Shown here one piece after another: positions 1 through 10,387 of a stretch of 64,000 nucleotides of DNA. The stretch covers positions 1 to 64,000 of the forward strand of contig JBFIHX010000013.1 of the NCBI GenBank assembly GCA_041601615.1, given 5' to 3'. Numbering within the stretch: position 1 is the stretch's first letter; every line of letters begins with the position of its first letter. The notes under the pieces are model-generated. The model ran no database searches, was not told the origin of the DNA, and worked only from the letters and a program-made list of their open reading frames with translations. The translations under genes were made by a program, and so were the position numbers. The DNA is from Thermoplasmatota archaeon. Its GTDB lineage: Archaea > Thermoplasmatota > E2 > JACPAO01 > JAHFTW01.

Positions 1-24
1 ACCACCACCACCACCACCACCACC
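1..24. repeat. (ACC)8 trinucleotide repeat, truncated by the window start
   Basis: accaccaccaccaccaccaccacc read directly. Confidence 0.8.
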
Positions 25-254
25 CTTCCGAACCACCCGCCACCCCAAACTATAGAGAATCCGTGGGCAACGCTCCTACCCTTCCGACGCCCATGCCCAT
101 CCAATGGAACACACATCCAACGGAGACGGCACCCTGCCCATTCTCCGCCGACGCATCGAAGCCGCACTCGGCTTCTAAACCCCAAAAAGGGCCCGTCCGC
201 GACGCCGCCCAGACCCCTCCGCCTTTTTACGAGCGCCAGCATAGTCGGGTCCCG

Positions 255-860
255 ATGACGACCACCGTGGGCATCAAGACCCCCGAGGGTATCGTTCTCG
301 CGACCGACCGCCGAGCCACCATGGGCTACTATGTTGCGGACAAGGACGTCGTGAAGATCGAACCACTCGACGAGAACAGCGCAATCACCATCGCCGGCTC
401 TGTAAGCCAGGCCCAAAGCTTTGCGCACATGCTCCGACTCAACCTCGAATACACCAAAGGACGACGCGGCTGGGCCCTGTCGCCTGCGGAACTTGCCAAA
501 CTCGCCAGCCACAGCATCCAACGCAGCGGCGGCATCTACGGCCAATTCATCCTCGCCACCCGCGACGGCAAGACCGCCAGCCTCTGGGACGTGGGCGGCG
601 ACGGCTCGCTCATCGCCAAGAAGGACTTCACCGTCACCGGCAGCGGCACCGGCCCCGCCGTCGGTGTCCTGGAATCCCAAGACTGGAGCAAAATCAAGAC
701 CCTCAAGGCAGCCCAAGAAGCCGCCATGAAGGCCGTCAAAGCCGCAACCCAACGCGACGTGGGCAGCGGCAACGGCCTCGTCGTCTACACCCTCCCCAAC
801 AGTGGTGACTACGAATTGAAGACCTACACGTTCTCCCAATCCGTCGAGGTGGACCAATGA
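255..860 (+). CDS. psmB: 20S proteasome beta subunit
   Basis: M-TTTVGIK start with Thr1, Asp17 (ATDRRATMG), Lys33, AGS, GSG and RDVGSG motifs. An alternative in-frame ATG lies at 93. Confidence 0.9.
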   Translation: MTTTVGIKTPEGIVLATDRRATMGYYVADKDVVKIEPLDENSAITIAGSVSQAQSFAHMLRLNLEYTKGRRGWALSPAELAKLASHSIQRSGGIYGQFILATRDGKTASLWDVGGDGSLIAKKDFTVTGSGTGPAVGVLESQDWSKIKTLKAAQEAAMKAVKAATQRDVGSGNGLVVYTLPNSGDYELKTYTFSQSVEVDQ

Positions 861-1519
861 AACCCAGCGTCGACGCCAGCTACCTGCACTTTGACGAAAC
901 CGGCAATATCCCGGCCATCAAATTCGCCCGCATCACCCTCGGAATGGGCTACCCAATCATCGCCGCCCGCGACGACAAACACGTCGTCGTCGCCACCGTA
1001 AACCGCGACGGCAGCCCCCTCTACACCGGCGCCGACAAAATCATCCGCGTCAGCCGCGACTGCGTCGTGCTCGTCACCGGCCACGGCGGCGACACCAACC
1101 AAGTACGCCAGGTCCTGCGCGACCAGGCCGTCAACCACAAGTTCGTCTACGGCAGCGAAATCAGCCCCAAGGAAGTCTCCCTGGGCCTCAGCGACTACCT
1201 GCACGAACTGGGCATGAGCTACCGCCGCCCCCTCGGCGTCGGCACCATCGTCGCCGGCTTCGACGAGCACGGCACCAAGCCCGTCCTCTACCACTGCGAC
1301 GTAGACGGCAACGCCATCGACCGCAACGGCATCGCACTCGGCAAGGAAGCAAGCCAAGCCGAACACGCACTCGCGGAGGGCTTCAAGGCCAAGAAACCGC
1401 TCGAAACCATCGTGCGCGAAGCCGCCGACGCCGTCGTTCGCGGCATGAAGGAAAGCTCCACCGACATGGCGGATCTGTCCTTCCGCATCGACGTTGAGGT
1501 TCTGAAGTCGCAGGTGTAG
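857..1519 (+). CDS. psmA: Divergent 20S proteasome alpha subunit
   Basis: N-terminal FDETGNIPAIKFA resembles FSPDGRLFQVEYA; DKII, RRPLGVG and LYHCDVDG motifs; ATGA overlap with the beta gene. Confidence 0.75.
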   Translation: MKPSVDASYLHFDETGNIPAIKFARITLGMGYPIIAARDDKHVVVATVNRDGSPLYTGADKIIRVSRDCVVLVTGHGGDTNQVRQVLRDQAVNHKFVYGSEISPKEVSLGLSDYLHELGMSYRRPLGVGTIVAGFDEHGTKPVLYHCDVDGNAIDRNGIALGKEASQAEHALAEGFKAKKPLETIVREAADAVVRGMKESSTDMADLSFRIDVEVLKSQV

Positions 1520-1537
1520 ACTCGCCCTGGGTGGTTC

Positions 1538-1993
1538 CTAGCCATCCGCCGCATCATAAGCCGCGCACACCCACGCCGCGACCTCCTTATCCACTTCCCC
1601 CTCCACTTTGACATGGTGCGACCAAATGTTGCCGCGCCGACCCGAACGCACACGCGGCGAATCCAACGGGTACGGCAACAGAAACCCCAGATGCACGCCC
1701 TTGCGCGTCGCCTCGTGGGCCCACGCAAACCGAATGCGCCGCACGAAGCTCGTCCGGCTCTTGGTTGCCGCGACCTCCACTGGCCCGTGCTCGGCGACAA
1801 TGCGCCACAAATCCGACCAAACCCCGAGGGCAACCGGCCGATCCACGAAAAACGCCACCACGCTCGAATCACAGCGATGGCTCCGCTCCAGCCCCGGTTC
1901 GGGATCGCCACAGCGCCCACAAGACACGATTCCGGAGCCCAGACGCGATGCAGAAACCCATCGGACCGTTCCGGCGCCTTCTTTTGCAGGCAA
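1538..1993 (-). CDS. DUF5655-like protein (start uncertain)
   Basis: GPVEVAATKSRTSF..RFAW..LDSPR..WSHHV..VDKEVAAWV..AY pattern; N-terminal CGRC. Confidence 0.65.
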   Translation of the reverse strand: MPAKEGAGTVRWVSASRLGSGIVSCGRCGDPEPGLERSHRCDSSVVAFFVDRPVALGVWSDLWRIVAEHGPVEVAATKSRTSFVRRIRFAWAHEATRKGVHLGFLLPYPLDSPRVRSGRRGNIWSHHVKVEGEVDKEVAAWVCAAYDAADG

Positions 1994-2010
1994 TCAGTGG
2001 CTAGAACGGG

Positions 2011-2865
2011 ATGCTCATGCAGCGTGGCATAGGCCGAACCGGCCACCTTCTACTCGCCCTCGTGCTCTTTGCCCTCGGCGCCTTCGGGCTCATGCTCGGC
2101 ACCATCGCCTTTCGCCAAGGACTCGTTCAGTTCTACTACATCGGCATCAGCACCACCGCCGTCGCCCTCCTTGCCCTGTTTGCCATCGCGCTCCTGGCAC
2201 CCCTGAGCAACGTCCCCCTCCGCTTCAAGCGCCCCGCCAAAGCCAACGCCGCCGAACCCGCACCCCCGACCCCCGCACCCGTTTCCGCCACCGCGTCCGC
2301 CCCGGCCGCAGTTACCGAGACATTCGAGTACGACCAATTCGACCCGGCCCCCAAAGCAGCACCCGTGGAAATGGTCCTGCCCCAAGCATTCAAAGGAACA
2401 ACGCCCCCGGCTCCGACACCCCACGCCGCCGGCATGGTGACGTTCCAAGCCAGCCCCGCCGCACGCACCGCACCCGCCGCCAACGCGCCGGCCGCAACCA
2501 CACCCCGCACTAGCCCATCCGTGCAACCGCCCATGTCCAAGGAATGGCCGCAACGCCGCAAGGCCGTCCCGCGCCCCGGCCAAGCGCCCGCACCCGACGC
2601 CGGACCCGCCGTGCGCCCCGAACTCACCGAGCGCTACACCCGCACCACACCCACCGTGCGCCGCATGCTCGACGCCGAAACCCCGGCCGAAAAGCCACAA
2701 GAACACGTCGCCGACCGTGCACCCTTGGACATGAACACCGACTTTGTCGCCCCCGGCATGAGCATCGGCCGCTGCGGACAATGCAAGTGCCTATTGCTGG
2801 CACCGGACGCAAGGCCGATCCGGCTCAAGTGTCCAGAGTGTGCCAAGGTTACGCTTCTGGAATAG
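2011..2865 (+). CDS. Membrane protein with Pro/Ala linker and C-terminal Zn ribbon
   Basis: Two N-terminal TM helices; CGQC...CPEC at the C-terminus. Confidence 0.7.
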   Translation: MLMQRGIGRTGHLLLALVLFALGAFGLMLGTIAFRQGLVQFYYIGISTTAVALLALFAIALLAPLSNVPLRFKRPAKANAAEPAPPTPAPVSATASAPAAVTETFEYDQFDPAPKAAPVEMVLPQAFKGTTPPAPTPHAAGMVTFQASPAARTAPAANAPAATTPRTSPSVQPPMSKEWPQRRKAVPRPGQAPAPDAGPAVRPELTERYTRTTPTVRRMLDAETPAEKPQEHVADRAPLDMNTDFVAPGMSIGRCGQCKCLLLAPDARPIRLKCPECAKVTLLE

Positions 2866-2915
2866 CCCGCTTCGCGAGTGAAGCCCTTTTCCCACCGCGT
2901 CCCCGTCGCCCCGCA

Positions 2916-4670
2916 ATGACCCCCGACACCGTCCGCGTCACGCTTGACGTCACGGAGCCTGGAACGCACCTTGTCAAGGTCACCCAAAAGATTCCGGCCG
3001 GAATTCCTGCCAACGGAGCTTCGTCTCGCACCTTCCGCATGGCCGCTTGGGTGCCCGGCTCCTACAAGATCCGCGACTTTGGACGCCATGTTCAAGACGT
3101 GACGGCGACGGTGGACGGCAAGGCGAAAACCGTGCGCCAATCGGGCAAAGACGCCTGGACGGTGCCCGGCAGTGCGGGCAAGGAAGTTGAATTGACGTTC
3201 CTTGCCTACGCCCGCGAATTGACCGTGGACACGAGCCACGTCACAAACGACCACGCGCACCTGTTCCCGGCGACCCTAGTGCTGTACGACGACGCCAGCC
3301 GCGCCCTGCCGCACGAAGCAAACGTGGTGGCTCCCAAGGGCTGGAAAACCTGGTGCGGCCTCGAATCGGATGCCTTCGACGGCACGCTCCGCCCCGCGGC
3401 CGACTACGATCATTTGATCGATTGCCCCATCGAAGTGGGCCCCGCCGACGAGTACACAGAACTTGGCTTCACCGTGCGCCGCCGCAAGCACCGTATCGTC
3501 TTCTGGCACGCGCCAGCCGACATGGACGGAGCCCGCATCATCAAGGACGTGCGCGCCGTGGTCGAACAGACAGCCAAGTTGTTTGGCGGCCTGCCCTACG
3601 ACCACTACACCTTCCTGGGCCACGTCGCACTTGGTCACGGTGGCGGCCTCGAACACCGCAACAGCACGGTGCTCGGCGTTGATCCGCTGAATTTGGTGGT
3701 GGACACACAGATCCGCGAGAAGTTCCTGCCCCTGGTGGCGCACGAGTTCTTCCACACCTGGAACGTCAAACGCATCCTGCCAGCGTCCTTCCAACCCTAC
3801 GACTTGCAAGTGGAAGTCTACACGGACCTCCTTTGGCTGTTCGAGGGCTTCACGACCTACTACGAATTGCCCCTGCTACGCCGCGCTGGCGTCGTGGACG
3901 ACGAACACTTTGGCAACATCGCTTGCGAGATGCTCAAGTACTACGAAATGGCCCTCGGCCGCAAAAAGCGCAGTGTAGCCGAGTGCAGCCGCTTGACCTG
4001 GAGCCTCCTGTACCAGCCGCACGAACACAACATCAACCGCAACGTGAGCTACTACACCAAGGGCCTGTTTGTGGGGCTGTGCCTGGATTGGCACCTGCGC
4101 ACCCACGGTGTTGCGGAAGGCCTCGATGTGGTCATGCGGCACGTCTGGGGCAAACACGGCGCTGCGTCCGAAGGCGGGCCCGGTGTGGCCGAGGACGGAT
4201 TCGCGGACCTCGTGTTGGAGGCCACGGGCGTCGATTGCGCGGCGCTGCTTGGCCGCTGGATCCACGGCACCTCGGAGTTGCCCGTGCAAAAGGCGTTCCG
4301 GGAATTGGGCTGGGAACTCAAACGCGAACACTCCGACCCCAAGAAACCGAACGGTCTCGGGGTCATGTTCAAGGGCCAGAGCGCCACCATCGAGCGCATC
4401 CCCGAAGACAGCCCCGCCTGGACCGTGCTGCAGCCCGACGACACCCTTGTCGCCGTGGACGGCTGGAAATGGAAGGGCGACCGGTTTGCAGAATTGGCGC
4501 AGACGCGCAAGCCCGGCGAGAGCCTGCCGGTGACCGTGTTTCGAGAGGGGCGGCTGCGCACCCTAGATGTTCCCATTCGAGAGATGCCCAAGGACAAATT
4601 GACCCTCAAGGTCCACAAGGGCGACGCCGTGGCGACTAAGCGGCGCAAGGCGTGGTTGGGGACGCCGTAG
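2916..4670 (+). CDS. M61 family (glycyl) aminopeptidase with PDZ domain
   Basis: WVPGSYKIRDF, GGGLEH, HEFFHTWNVKRI, EGFTTYY and SYYTKG motifs; PDZ-like C-terminus. Confidence 0.92.
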   Translation: MTPDTVRVTLDVTEPGTHLVKVTQKIPAGIPANGASSRTFRMAAWVPGSYKIRDFGRHVQDVTATVDGKAKTVRQSGKDAWTVPGSAGKEVELTFLAYARELTVDTSHVTNDHAHLFPATLVLYDDASRALPHEANVVAPKGWKTWCGLESDAFDGTLRPAADYDHLIDCPIEVGPADEYTELGFTVRRRKHRIVFWHAPADMDGARIIKDVRAVVEQTAKLFGGLPYDHYTFLGHVALGHGGGLEHRNSTVLGVDPLNLVVDTQIREKFLPLVAHEFFHTWNVKRILPASFQPYDLQVEVYTDLLWLFEGFTTYYELPLLRRAGVVDDEHFGNIACEMLKYYEMALGRKKRSVAECSRLTWSLLYQPHEHNINRNVSYYTKGLFVGLCLDWHLRTHGVAEGLDVVMRHVWGKHGAASEGGPGVAEDGFADLVLEATGVDCAALLGRWIHGTSELPVQKAFRELGWELKREHSDPKKPNGLGVMFKGQSATIERIPEDSPAWTVLQPDDTLVAVDGWKWKGDRFAELAQTRKPGESLPVTVFREGRLRTLDVPIREMPKDKLTLKVHKGDAVATKRRKAWLGTP

Positions 4671-4823
4671 TCGCCAAGACCCCCGCTGAATCCCATCACT
4701 GCCCCAGCTGAACCCTGCACCATCAGCAAAATAAGCGGAGCCAGGGATGCATCCGATTTGCCTGTTTAGCCTAGGCGAAGGCATCACACTTTGCACTGAG
4801 TCGGCCGATAGCGTCCACTTGAC

Positions 4824-5747
4824 TCATACTGCCACAACCTCGGCCTCCAACGTTCCCGTAAACAGGGTAAACTCGAGGACCAAATCCCACGACCCAATTC
4901 CTGCTAGGGCCCAAGTATCGAAGTCCCGGGCACACACGTTGTCCCGTTGTTGATGGATTTCCCCCTCGGGATTCTCCACCCGCACGTCGATACAGCCCAA
5001 CTCTTGGGCCACACGCCAGGCTAGGGCCGAGGATTCATCGGTGACATTGAAGCGAATCCGTTCCTCTCCGACTTGGTTTTGGTAGCTCCGCTGGAACGTG
5101 AATCGTGCAGGCTCACTTTCTGGTTCCGCTCCAGGTTCCGGTTCAGGCTCAGACTCGGGCTCGGTCTCGGGCTCAGAAGGTGGGGGCGGCTCCGATTCCG
5201 TAACCGGCTCGCCTTGTGAGACGTTGCCAAGCGCCGCCCCCGGATTGGTTTCCAGGTTTGCACTCGGCGTCAAAACAGGACCCGATTCCTCGAACCAACC
5301 ACGAACGTACGCCGTCGTACCCACCCCGGACGTGGCAACAAACACGAACGCCACGACGACGAACACCCATTTGCGAGCGTTCGAATTGGGACGCTGTGGC
5401 CTAGCTAGGAATGATGCACATTGGTGGATGGCGCCCCACATGCGACCCCAGACGCCCAGAACCGCGTCTGTCGCAGCTTCCGCAGCTCCCACCATGGCCG
5501 ACCCGCCGGAGGCGCCGAGGAGGGCCCGCACCATCGCGTCGATCGGGTCCGGCTGCCGGTTGAGCAACAGGAGGAGGGCTTGGTCGGCATCTAGGTCGGG
5601 TCGGGCAGCTGCGGCCTCTTGCATCATCCGATTCAGGTCGGCTTGTGCTTGCTGAATCGCAAGCTCGCGCTGTTCGTCGGTGAGTTGCAGTGCTCGTAGC
5701 TTCCCCTGAATGGAATTCAGCGCGTGCTCTCGAACCGGTGCCGACAT
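4824..5747 (-). CDS. Single-pass membrane protein, paralogue of 9399-10184
   Basis: Helical N-terminus, TM helix, EP-rich linker, C-terminal GC..V....NVC....W...G.W......FTG domain. Confidence 0.75.
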   Translation of the reverse strand: MSAPVREHALNSIQGKLRALQLTDEQRELAIQQAQADLNRMMQEAAAARPDLDADQALLLLLNRQPDPIDAMVRALLGASGGSAMVGAAEAATDAVLGVWGRMWGAIHQCASFLARPQRPNSNARKWVFVVVAFVFVATSGVGTTAYVRGWFEESGPVLTPSANLETNPGAALGNVSQGEPVTESEPPPPSEPETEPESEPEPEPGAEPESEPARFTFQRSYQNQVGEERIRFNVTDESSALAWRVAQELGCIDVRVENPEGEIHQQRDNVCARDFDTWALAGIGSWDLVLEFTLFTGTLEAEVVAV

Positions 5748-5911
5748 AACTGGATCGTGGATGACATAGCACTACATGATAATATTGTTAAATGAAGGCC
5801 TTGGAATGGCCAAAGCCTGTCGATATTCGGCCGATTGCATTATTATCTGAGCATATATAGTATTTATTGGGCCCATTTATCAAATCAATGAAGGTTCGAA
5901 ATCGACGCCCC
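5748..5911. promoter_or_regulatory. AT-rich divergent promoter region
   Basis: TATA-like ataatattgttaaa and catatatagtatttatt between divergent starts. Confidence 0.5.
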
Positions 5912-8900
5912 ATGGATGAAACGCCCCAGATTACCCTTTACCAGCACAAATTTGAGGGAAAACACCTCACGTTTCGTGAATCCGTTCCCAACTTCCCCGA
6001 AATTGCACAAGCATCGGGAATTCCAATTAATGATCAAATAAGCAGTATCCGAATCAAGGCTGGCCGGTGGACACTCTACGAGCACGCCGACTACAAAGGC
6101 AGCGCCAAGGAACTCCGCCCCGGCGAATATCCTCAGGTGGAGGAAGTAGGCATCCGAAACGACTCCGTGAGCAGCGTCCGCAGCAACCGAGTCGTCCATG
6201 CCGACGACCGAGCGCGACAACACGCCTGCGAAGACATACCGCCCGGAACAACCGTCACCATTCGCGCAGCCAATGGGAAATACCTGCGAGTTCGGGAATC
6301 CGGAGACCGCCCCAATATCCTCGTCGCCGACGGCACAGACCCAACGGACATAACCACCCAGTTCCGCCTCCACCGTCATACGAACAAAGACGGTGGATGG
6401 CTCGGACTCCAAGCCCTCATCAACGACCGCTTCGTACAGGCCGCCCCCCTTCGCGAGGATGCGCTCGTACGCACCCGCAACAAGAACTTCAAAAATGCAA
6501 AGCTGCACACTTGGGAGCATTTCCGCATCGTCGGCGCGCACCTGCAAAGCCGAGCAACGGGCGGCTGCCTCAACGTCCACGCACCAGACGGTGAAGCCCT
6601 GGTCCGAACCACACTGGAGGGCCAAGAACAAGTCATGGCAGGCCGGGAGGCCAGCGGCGCATTGGAAATCCAATCATTAGAGGACACAATACGCTCCACC
6701 CGTTCCACCCCCAGCAAGGAGACCCCCGCACCAGACCCCGGCCCCAATCCCAACCCCGCCCCAACACCCAATACACAACCAACCCCAAGCCGGCCCCTCC
6801 CGCCAGCAGGGAGCATCGTCTCCATTCTCGCCTCCAACGGACAGTACTGGCGCGTAGACACCGACCGAGGCAACCGCTTGTTCGCGAACGCATCAACGCC
6901 CCAGGAACGCACTACGCAGTTTCGACTCCACCGCCACCACCCCGAAATGGGCGGTTGGATTGGTTTGGAATGCCTAGCCAACGGCCATTTTGTCCAGGCC
7001 GTCCCCGACGCCGACGGCACCTTGCGAGCCGAAAACCGCAACTTCCAGGACCCTGACCGGCACACATGGGAGCACTTCACCGTCGAAGGAGATGCCTTGC
7101 GCAGCCGAAGCACTGGACAAGTCGTGACCATCCTGCCAGAGCCTCCTGGCGCCGTGCGAACAAAAGCAGGAGCACCAGACCCATCCTCCGCGATTACCTT
7201 CGCCCCCATGGGCCCGGAAGAATCCCAGAATGACTCCCCGAGGAATCAGCACGCCCCCGAGGATGACCCGTCGAAGCAGGACGCAACATCCGAGGAGCCC
7301 ACGAAGGACTCCTCGAGCCAGGATTCCTCGAGCGAAACGGACCTCATCGACCTCACGAAACCCCTCGACCCTCATTCCAACTCCTGGGTCGGAGGACTCA
7401 TCGACCGCCCCGCAACTCAACAAGGATCGATCGATCCCCCCGTCGACCCCCGCAAACTCGTCCACATCCTCGCCATCGTCCGCGACCCCCTCGGCAACAC
7501 CCTCCCGGGAATCCAGGTTCGACTCCTCGACCAAGACCGAGTACGCGACAGCACCCACACCGACGCTCGAGGCCTCGCCATTATGCGGTACCCCACGAAC
7601 CACCCATCCGAATCAGACAAAGTGGGCACCCTTGAGGTTCCAATCGGAGGCGTGGAGGCGACCACGCGCCAAGTGCTCTTCCAAATCCCCGCCGGACAGC
7701 ACCACACCGTCGTAGAGATCAACCTCGAACAATTGCCGACACCCACAGGTCCCGCCGAGGACCCACTTCGCCGACTCCCAGCCGACTTCAACACGAAGCT
7801 GCTGGAGGACGTGCTTCGGTTCCTCGGCCCCACCCGAGATCCCTTACTTGGTCGAGACGGCGAATCCTTTGCCTCCACGCGGACGCCCATCATCCACCGC
7901 GCCAAGGTAATTCGAGTCGGCCCCCCGAGCAAAGACGGCGGCCCACCCCGGCGATACGTTGTATCCGTGCGTCAGGAATGGACCTTCCTCGGGTACAGCC
8001 TCGGAGAAGTGCAGTCCATCGACGGCCTCGTCCCAGGCGAATCCATGCAGGAAGCCAGGCGGAGCCTCCAGGACACGCTCAAGGAAGTCCAAGAAGCAGC
8101 AGCCCAATCCTCAAGCTCCACGGACATGATGATGCAGCGCGCCGCACGCAGCGTGGACACCCTCGTCAACAGCCTAGAAAACGACATGCACCAGAGCCTC
8201 GACTCCCAATCTCATGTTGACTCACATGTGGACACTTCCGTCATCCACGCAAGCATCAGCTTCGGCATCGCCAGCGCATCCTACACCAGGACGGACGTCA
8301 ACACGGATATCCGAACCAGCTTGAAGGAGGATTTGAAAATCCGCACGGTAGAAACCGCAACCACGAGCGCCACCCGTGTCAGCAACGAACAGATGCGCCA
8401 ATCCCAACGCAGCATCAACGAGACGGTGCAACGGGCAAGCAGGGCCAAGAAACGGATTCAGACGCTCGCATCCAGTTCCCTCCAGAAGGTCTCGCCACTC
8501 CTGTCCCGTGCCACGAACTTGCTCGAATGGAGCGTGTACGAAAACTACGCCGTCGCCACTTTCGTGGAGGACGTGAGCGAAGTGGTGCGCTACACGGTGG
8601 CCCGAGCGCCGGACCGTGGGCATTTGTTCAATCCCCAAAGCATCGTCGAATACTACCCAATCTTCCTGCAGGACCTAATCCGACCCGACCTGGCGCCTGC
8701 ATTCTCGCACCTACGAGATCGCTTGGAAGTGGATGAGATCCGGGAGAAAGACCTCGGACACCACCCCTTGGTCCGCCACATCAACAGCCGCCGCCACCAC
8801 TACCTCGGCTTGTTGCTGGAAGCTGCCCTAGACGACCCGGGCCTCCGAAACGACGCCCCACAACTTCGGGGGTTGCGAGACAGTTCCCTTTGGCGGCTCC

Positions 8901-9286
8901 CCATCATCGGCTTCGACGGCGGCGACGCGTTGATCCTGCGTGACGTACACGAATTGGACAGCTATGCCTCTCAACTCCGCGAAGACCCTGGTGCAGCCAC
9001 AATCGTTCAAATCGCCGCGCCCGGCACATACATGGAGGCACTCCAGGGCGTGCTGAAACTCGACGACCTCGAGGGCCGCGTGCATCCAGCGCTCCTACCC
9101 ATCTTGAAAACCCTCCCTGAGGGTTCCCGAGTCATAGACCCGCAACATCCGACAGAGCCCAATTCAGCACGCTCGTCGCCCGCCAAGGCCGCTGATCCAT
9201 CGCCCCATGGCGCCGATCAAATGCCAACCCCCGGCAACGGCGCGCCGGGGACATTGGAGCAGACTCCATCCATCGTGAGTCCGTAA
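5912..9286 (+). CDS. Beta/gamma-crystallin + two beta-trefoil-like repeats + large C-terminal putative pore-forming domain
   Basis: NDQISS and NDSVSS crystallin motifs; repeated QFRLHRH..GGW.GL..HTWEHF; QEWTFLGYSLGE motif followed by a Ser/Thr-rich segment. Confidence 0.75.
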   Translation: MDETPQITLYQHKFEGKHLTFRESVPNFPEIAQASGIPINDQISSIRIKAGRWTLYEHADYKGSAKELRPGEYPQVEEVGIRNDSVSSVRSNRVVHADDRARQHACEDIPPGTTVTIRAANGKYLRVRESGDRPNILVADGTDPTDITTQFRLHRHTNKDGGWLGLQALINDRFVQAAPLREDALVRTRNKNFKNAKLHTWEHFRIVGAHLQSRATGGCLNVHAPDGEALVRTTLEGQEQVMAGREASGALEIQSLEDTIRSTRSTPSKETPAPDPGPNPNPAPTPNTQPTPSRPLPPAGSIVSILASNGQYWRVDTDRGNRLFANASTPQERTTQFRLHRHHPEMGGWIGLECLANGHFVQAVPDADGTLRAENRNFQDPDRHTWEHFTVEGDALRSRSTGQVVTILPEPPGAVRTKAGAPDPSSAITFAPMGPEESQNDSPRNQHAPEDDPSKQDATSEEPTKDSSSQDSSSETDLIDLTKPLDPHSNSWVGGLIDRPATQQGSIDPPVDPRKLVHILAIVRDPLGNTLPGIQVRLLDQDRVRDSTHTDARGLAIMRYPTNHPSESDKVGTLEVPIGGVEATTRQVLFQIPAGQHHTVVEINLEQLPTPTGPAEDPLRRLPADFNTKLLEDVLRFLGPTRDPLLGRDGESFASTRTPIIHRAKVIRVGPPSKDGGPPRRYVVSVRQEWTFLGYSLGEVQSIDGLVPGESMQEARRSLQDTLKEVQEAAAQSSSSTDMMMQRAARSVDTLVNSLENDMHQSLDSQSHVDSHVDTSVIHASISFGIASASYTRTDVNTDIRTSLKEDLKIRTVETATTSATRVSNEQMRQSQRSINETVQRASRAKKRIQTLASSSLQKVSPLLSRATNLLEWSVYENYAVATFVEDVSEVVRYTVARAPDRGHLFNPQSIVEYYPIFLQDLIRPDLAPAFSHLRDRLEVDEIREKDLGHHPLVRHINSRRHHYLGLLLEAALDDPGLRNDAPQLRGLRDSSLWRLPIIGFDGGDALILRDVHELDSYASQLREDPGAATIVQIAAPGTYMEALQGVLKLDDLEGRVHPALLPILKTLPEGSRVIDPQHPTEPNSARSSPAKAADPSPHGADQMPTPGNGAPGTLEQTPSIVSP

Positions 9287-9398
9287 CGCGGCTGCGAAGT
9301 GCTGCGCCGGGAGACCACACCCCCCATCGAATAAGCAGAGCCCGGCCCCTCTTATTCATGGGCGGCGCAGGGCACGGCGCGAAAGCCAGACCCCGGCC

Positions 9399-10184
9399 TC
9401 ACCGAAGTCGAACCTGCACATTGCCCGTAAAGCCCGCATAGTCGTACACGACGCTCCAGGTGCCGGCGCTAAGCGTCCATTCCGCGCCGTCTGATAGGCA
9501 GACGTTCGTGCGCTCGAAGGCGACCCGCCACGTGTCGTCTAGGACCTTGATCGAAGCGCATCCAACCGTGGGCGCCATTTGCCAATCCAGGACAGCTTCT
9601 TGCTGCAATTTCAGTTCATGCCTGTCCGCACCTACGCGAGCAACGGGGTCTTCATCGACCTCATACGCAGGGGTTTCGGTTGGGGGAATATTGGAGTCGT
9701 CCAGCGTTGACGGAACGCCGTTGGTGGGTTCGTCGCCGAGCGGATCTGCGCCTGAAAATGCCACCACCATGGCGACCACCGCAACCACCAGCGCAATCAT
9801 AGCGATGCCGAGAGTCGCCCAGCCTTGCCATGGCCCGGTTGCGAGCTTTTTGATCGGGCCAACACTCGGCCCGGCAGCAAGCGGGGCCACGTCCGACACC
9901 GCCGCCTCCGCGATTTGCTGGACCGGCTCCACGAATTGGAGTACTTGGCCCACGGCGTCATCGACCGCACGCGGATTGGCATTGATTGCCGAAAGTACCG
10001 CGTCATCCCAGGACAATCCAGGAACTTGGGTCTGAGCGTCCCGCGCCCGTTGCTCCACGTCCTGACGCACCCGCAAAACGGCCGCGTCCAGTTCCGAGGA
10101 TGGAATTTCCTTCGAGGCAGCTCCTTGGGACCGGGATCGGACCGAGTGGGCAAATTGCTTCAGGACGAGGGATTCCGATGCCAT
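9399..10184 (-). CDS. Single-pass membrane protein, paralogue of 4824-5747
   Basis: Same layout; VGCASIKV..RTNVC..W..GTW..FTG. Start set at ATG 10184. Confidence 0.75.
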   Translation of the reverse strand: MASESLVLKQFAHSVRSRSQGAASKEIPSSELDAAVLRVRQDVEQRARDAQTQVPGLSWDDAVLSAINANPRAVDDAVGQVLQFVEPVQQIAEAAVSDVAPLAAGPSVGPIKKLATGPWQGWATLGIAMIALVVAVVAMVVAFSGADPLGDEPTNGVPSTLDDSNIPPTETPAYEVDEDPVARVGADRHELKLQQEAVLDWQMAPTVGCASIKVLDDTWRVAFERTNVCLSDGAEWTLSAGTWSVVYDYAGFTGNVQVRLR

Positions 10185-10387
10185 GCCAAAACCGAGTGGA
10201 CAAGAACGAGGATATGTTGGATTTAGTACATATTGGCTAATAGAGAACCATATGAAAGAGAAAATATACGGGATTCGCCTAAATTCAACCTGTTTGTAAA
10301 GTATTGAGGCGGTTCTTTTGCAGCTAAGCAATAAATATGGGTCTTGGATATTCAGCGGTCCGCGTCTCGCGTAATGGAGTGATACCC
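10185..10387. promoter_or_regulatory. AT-rich divergent promoter region
   Basis: aaaatatacg and caataaatatgg between divergent genes. Confidence 0.5.

Noticed and set aside
2544-2915. N-terminal extension of the M61 peptidase
   Set aside because: It overlaps the upstream gene and is low-complexity; ATG 2916 matches the family start.
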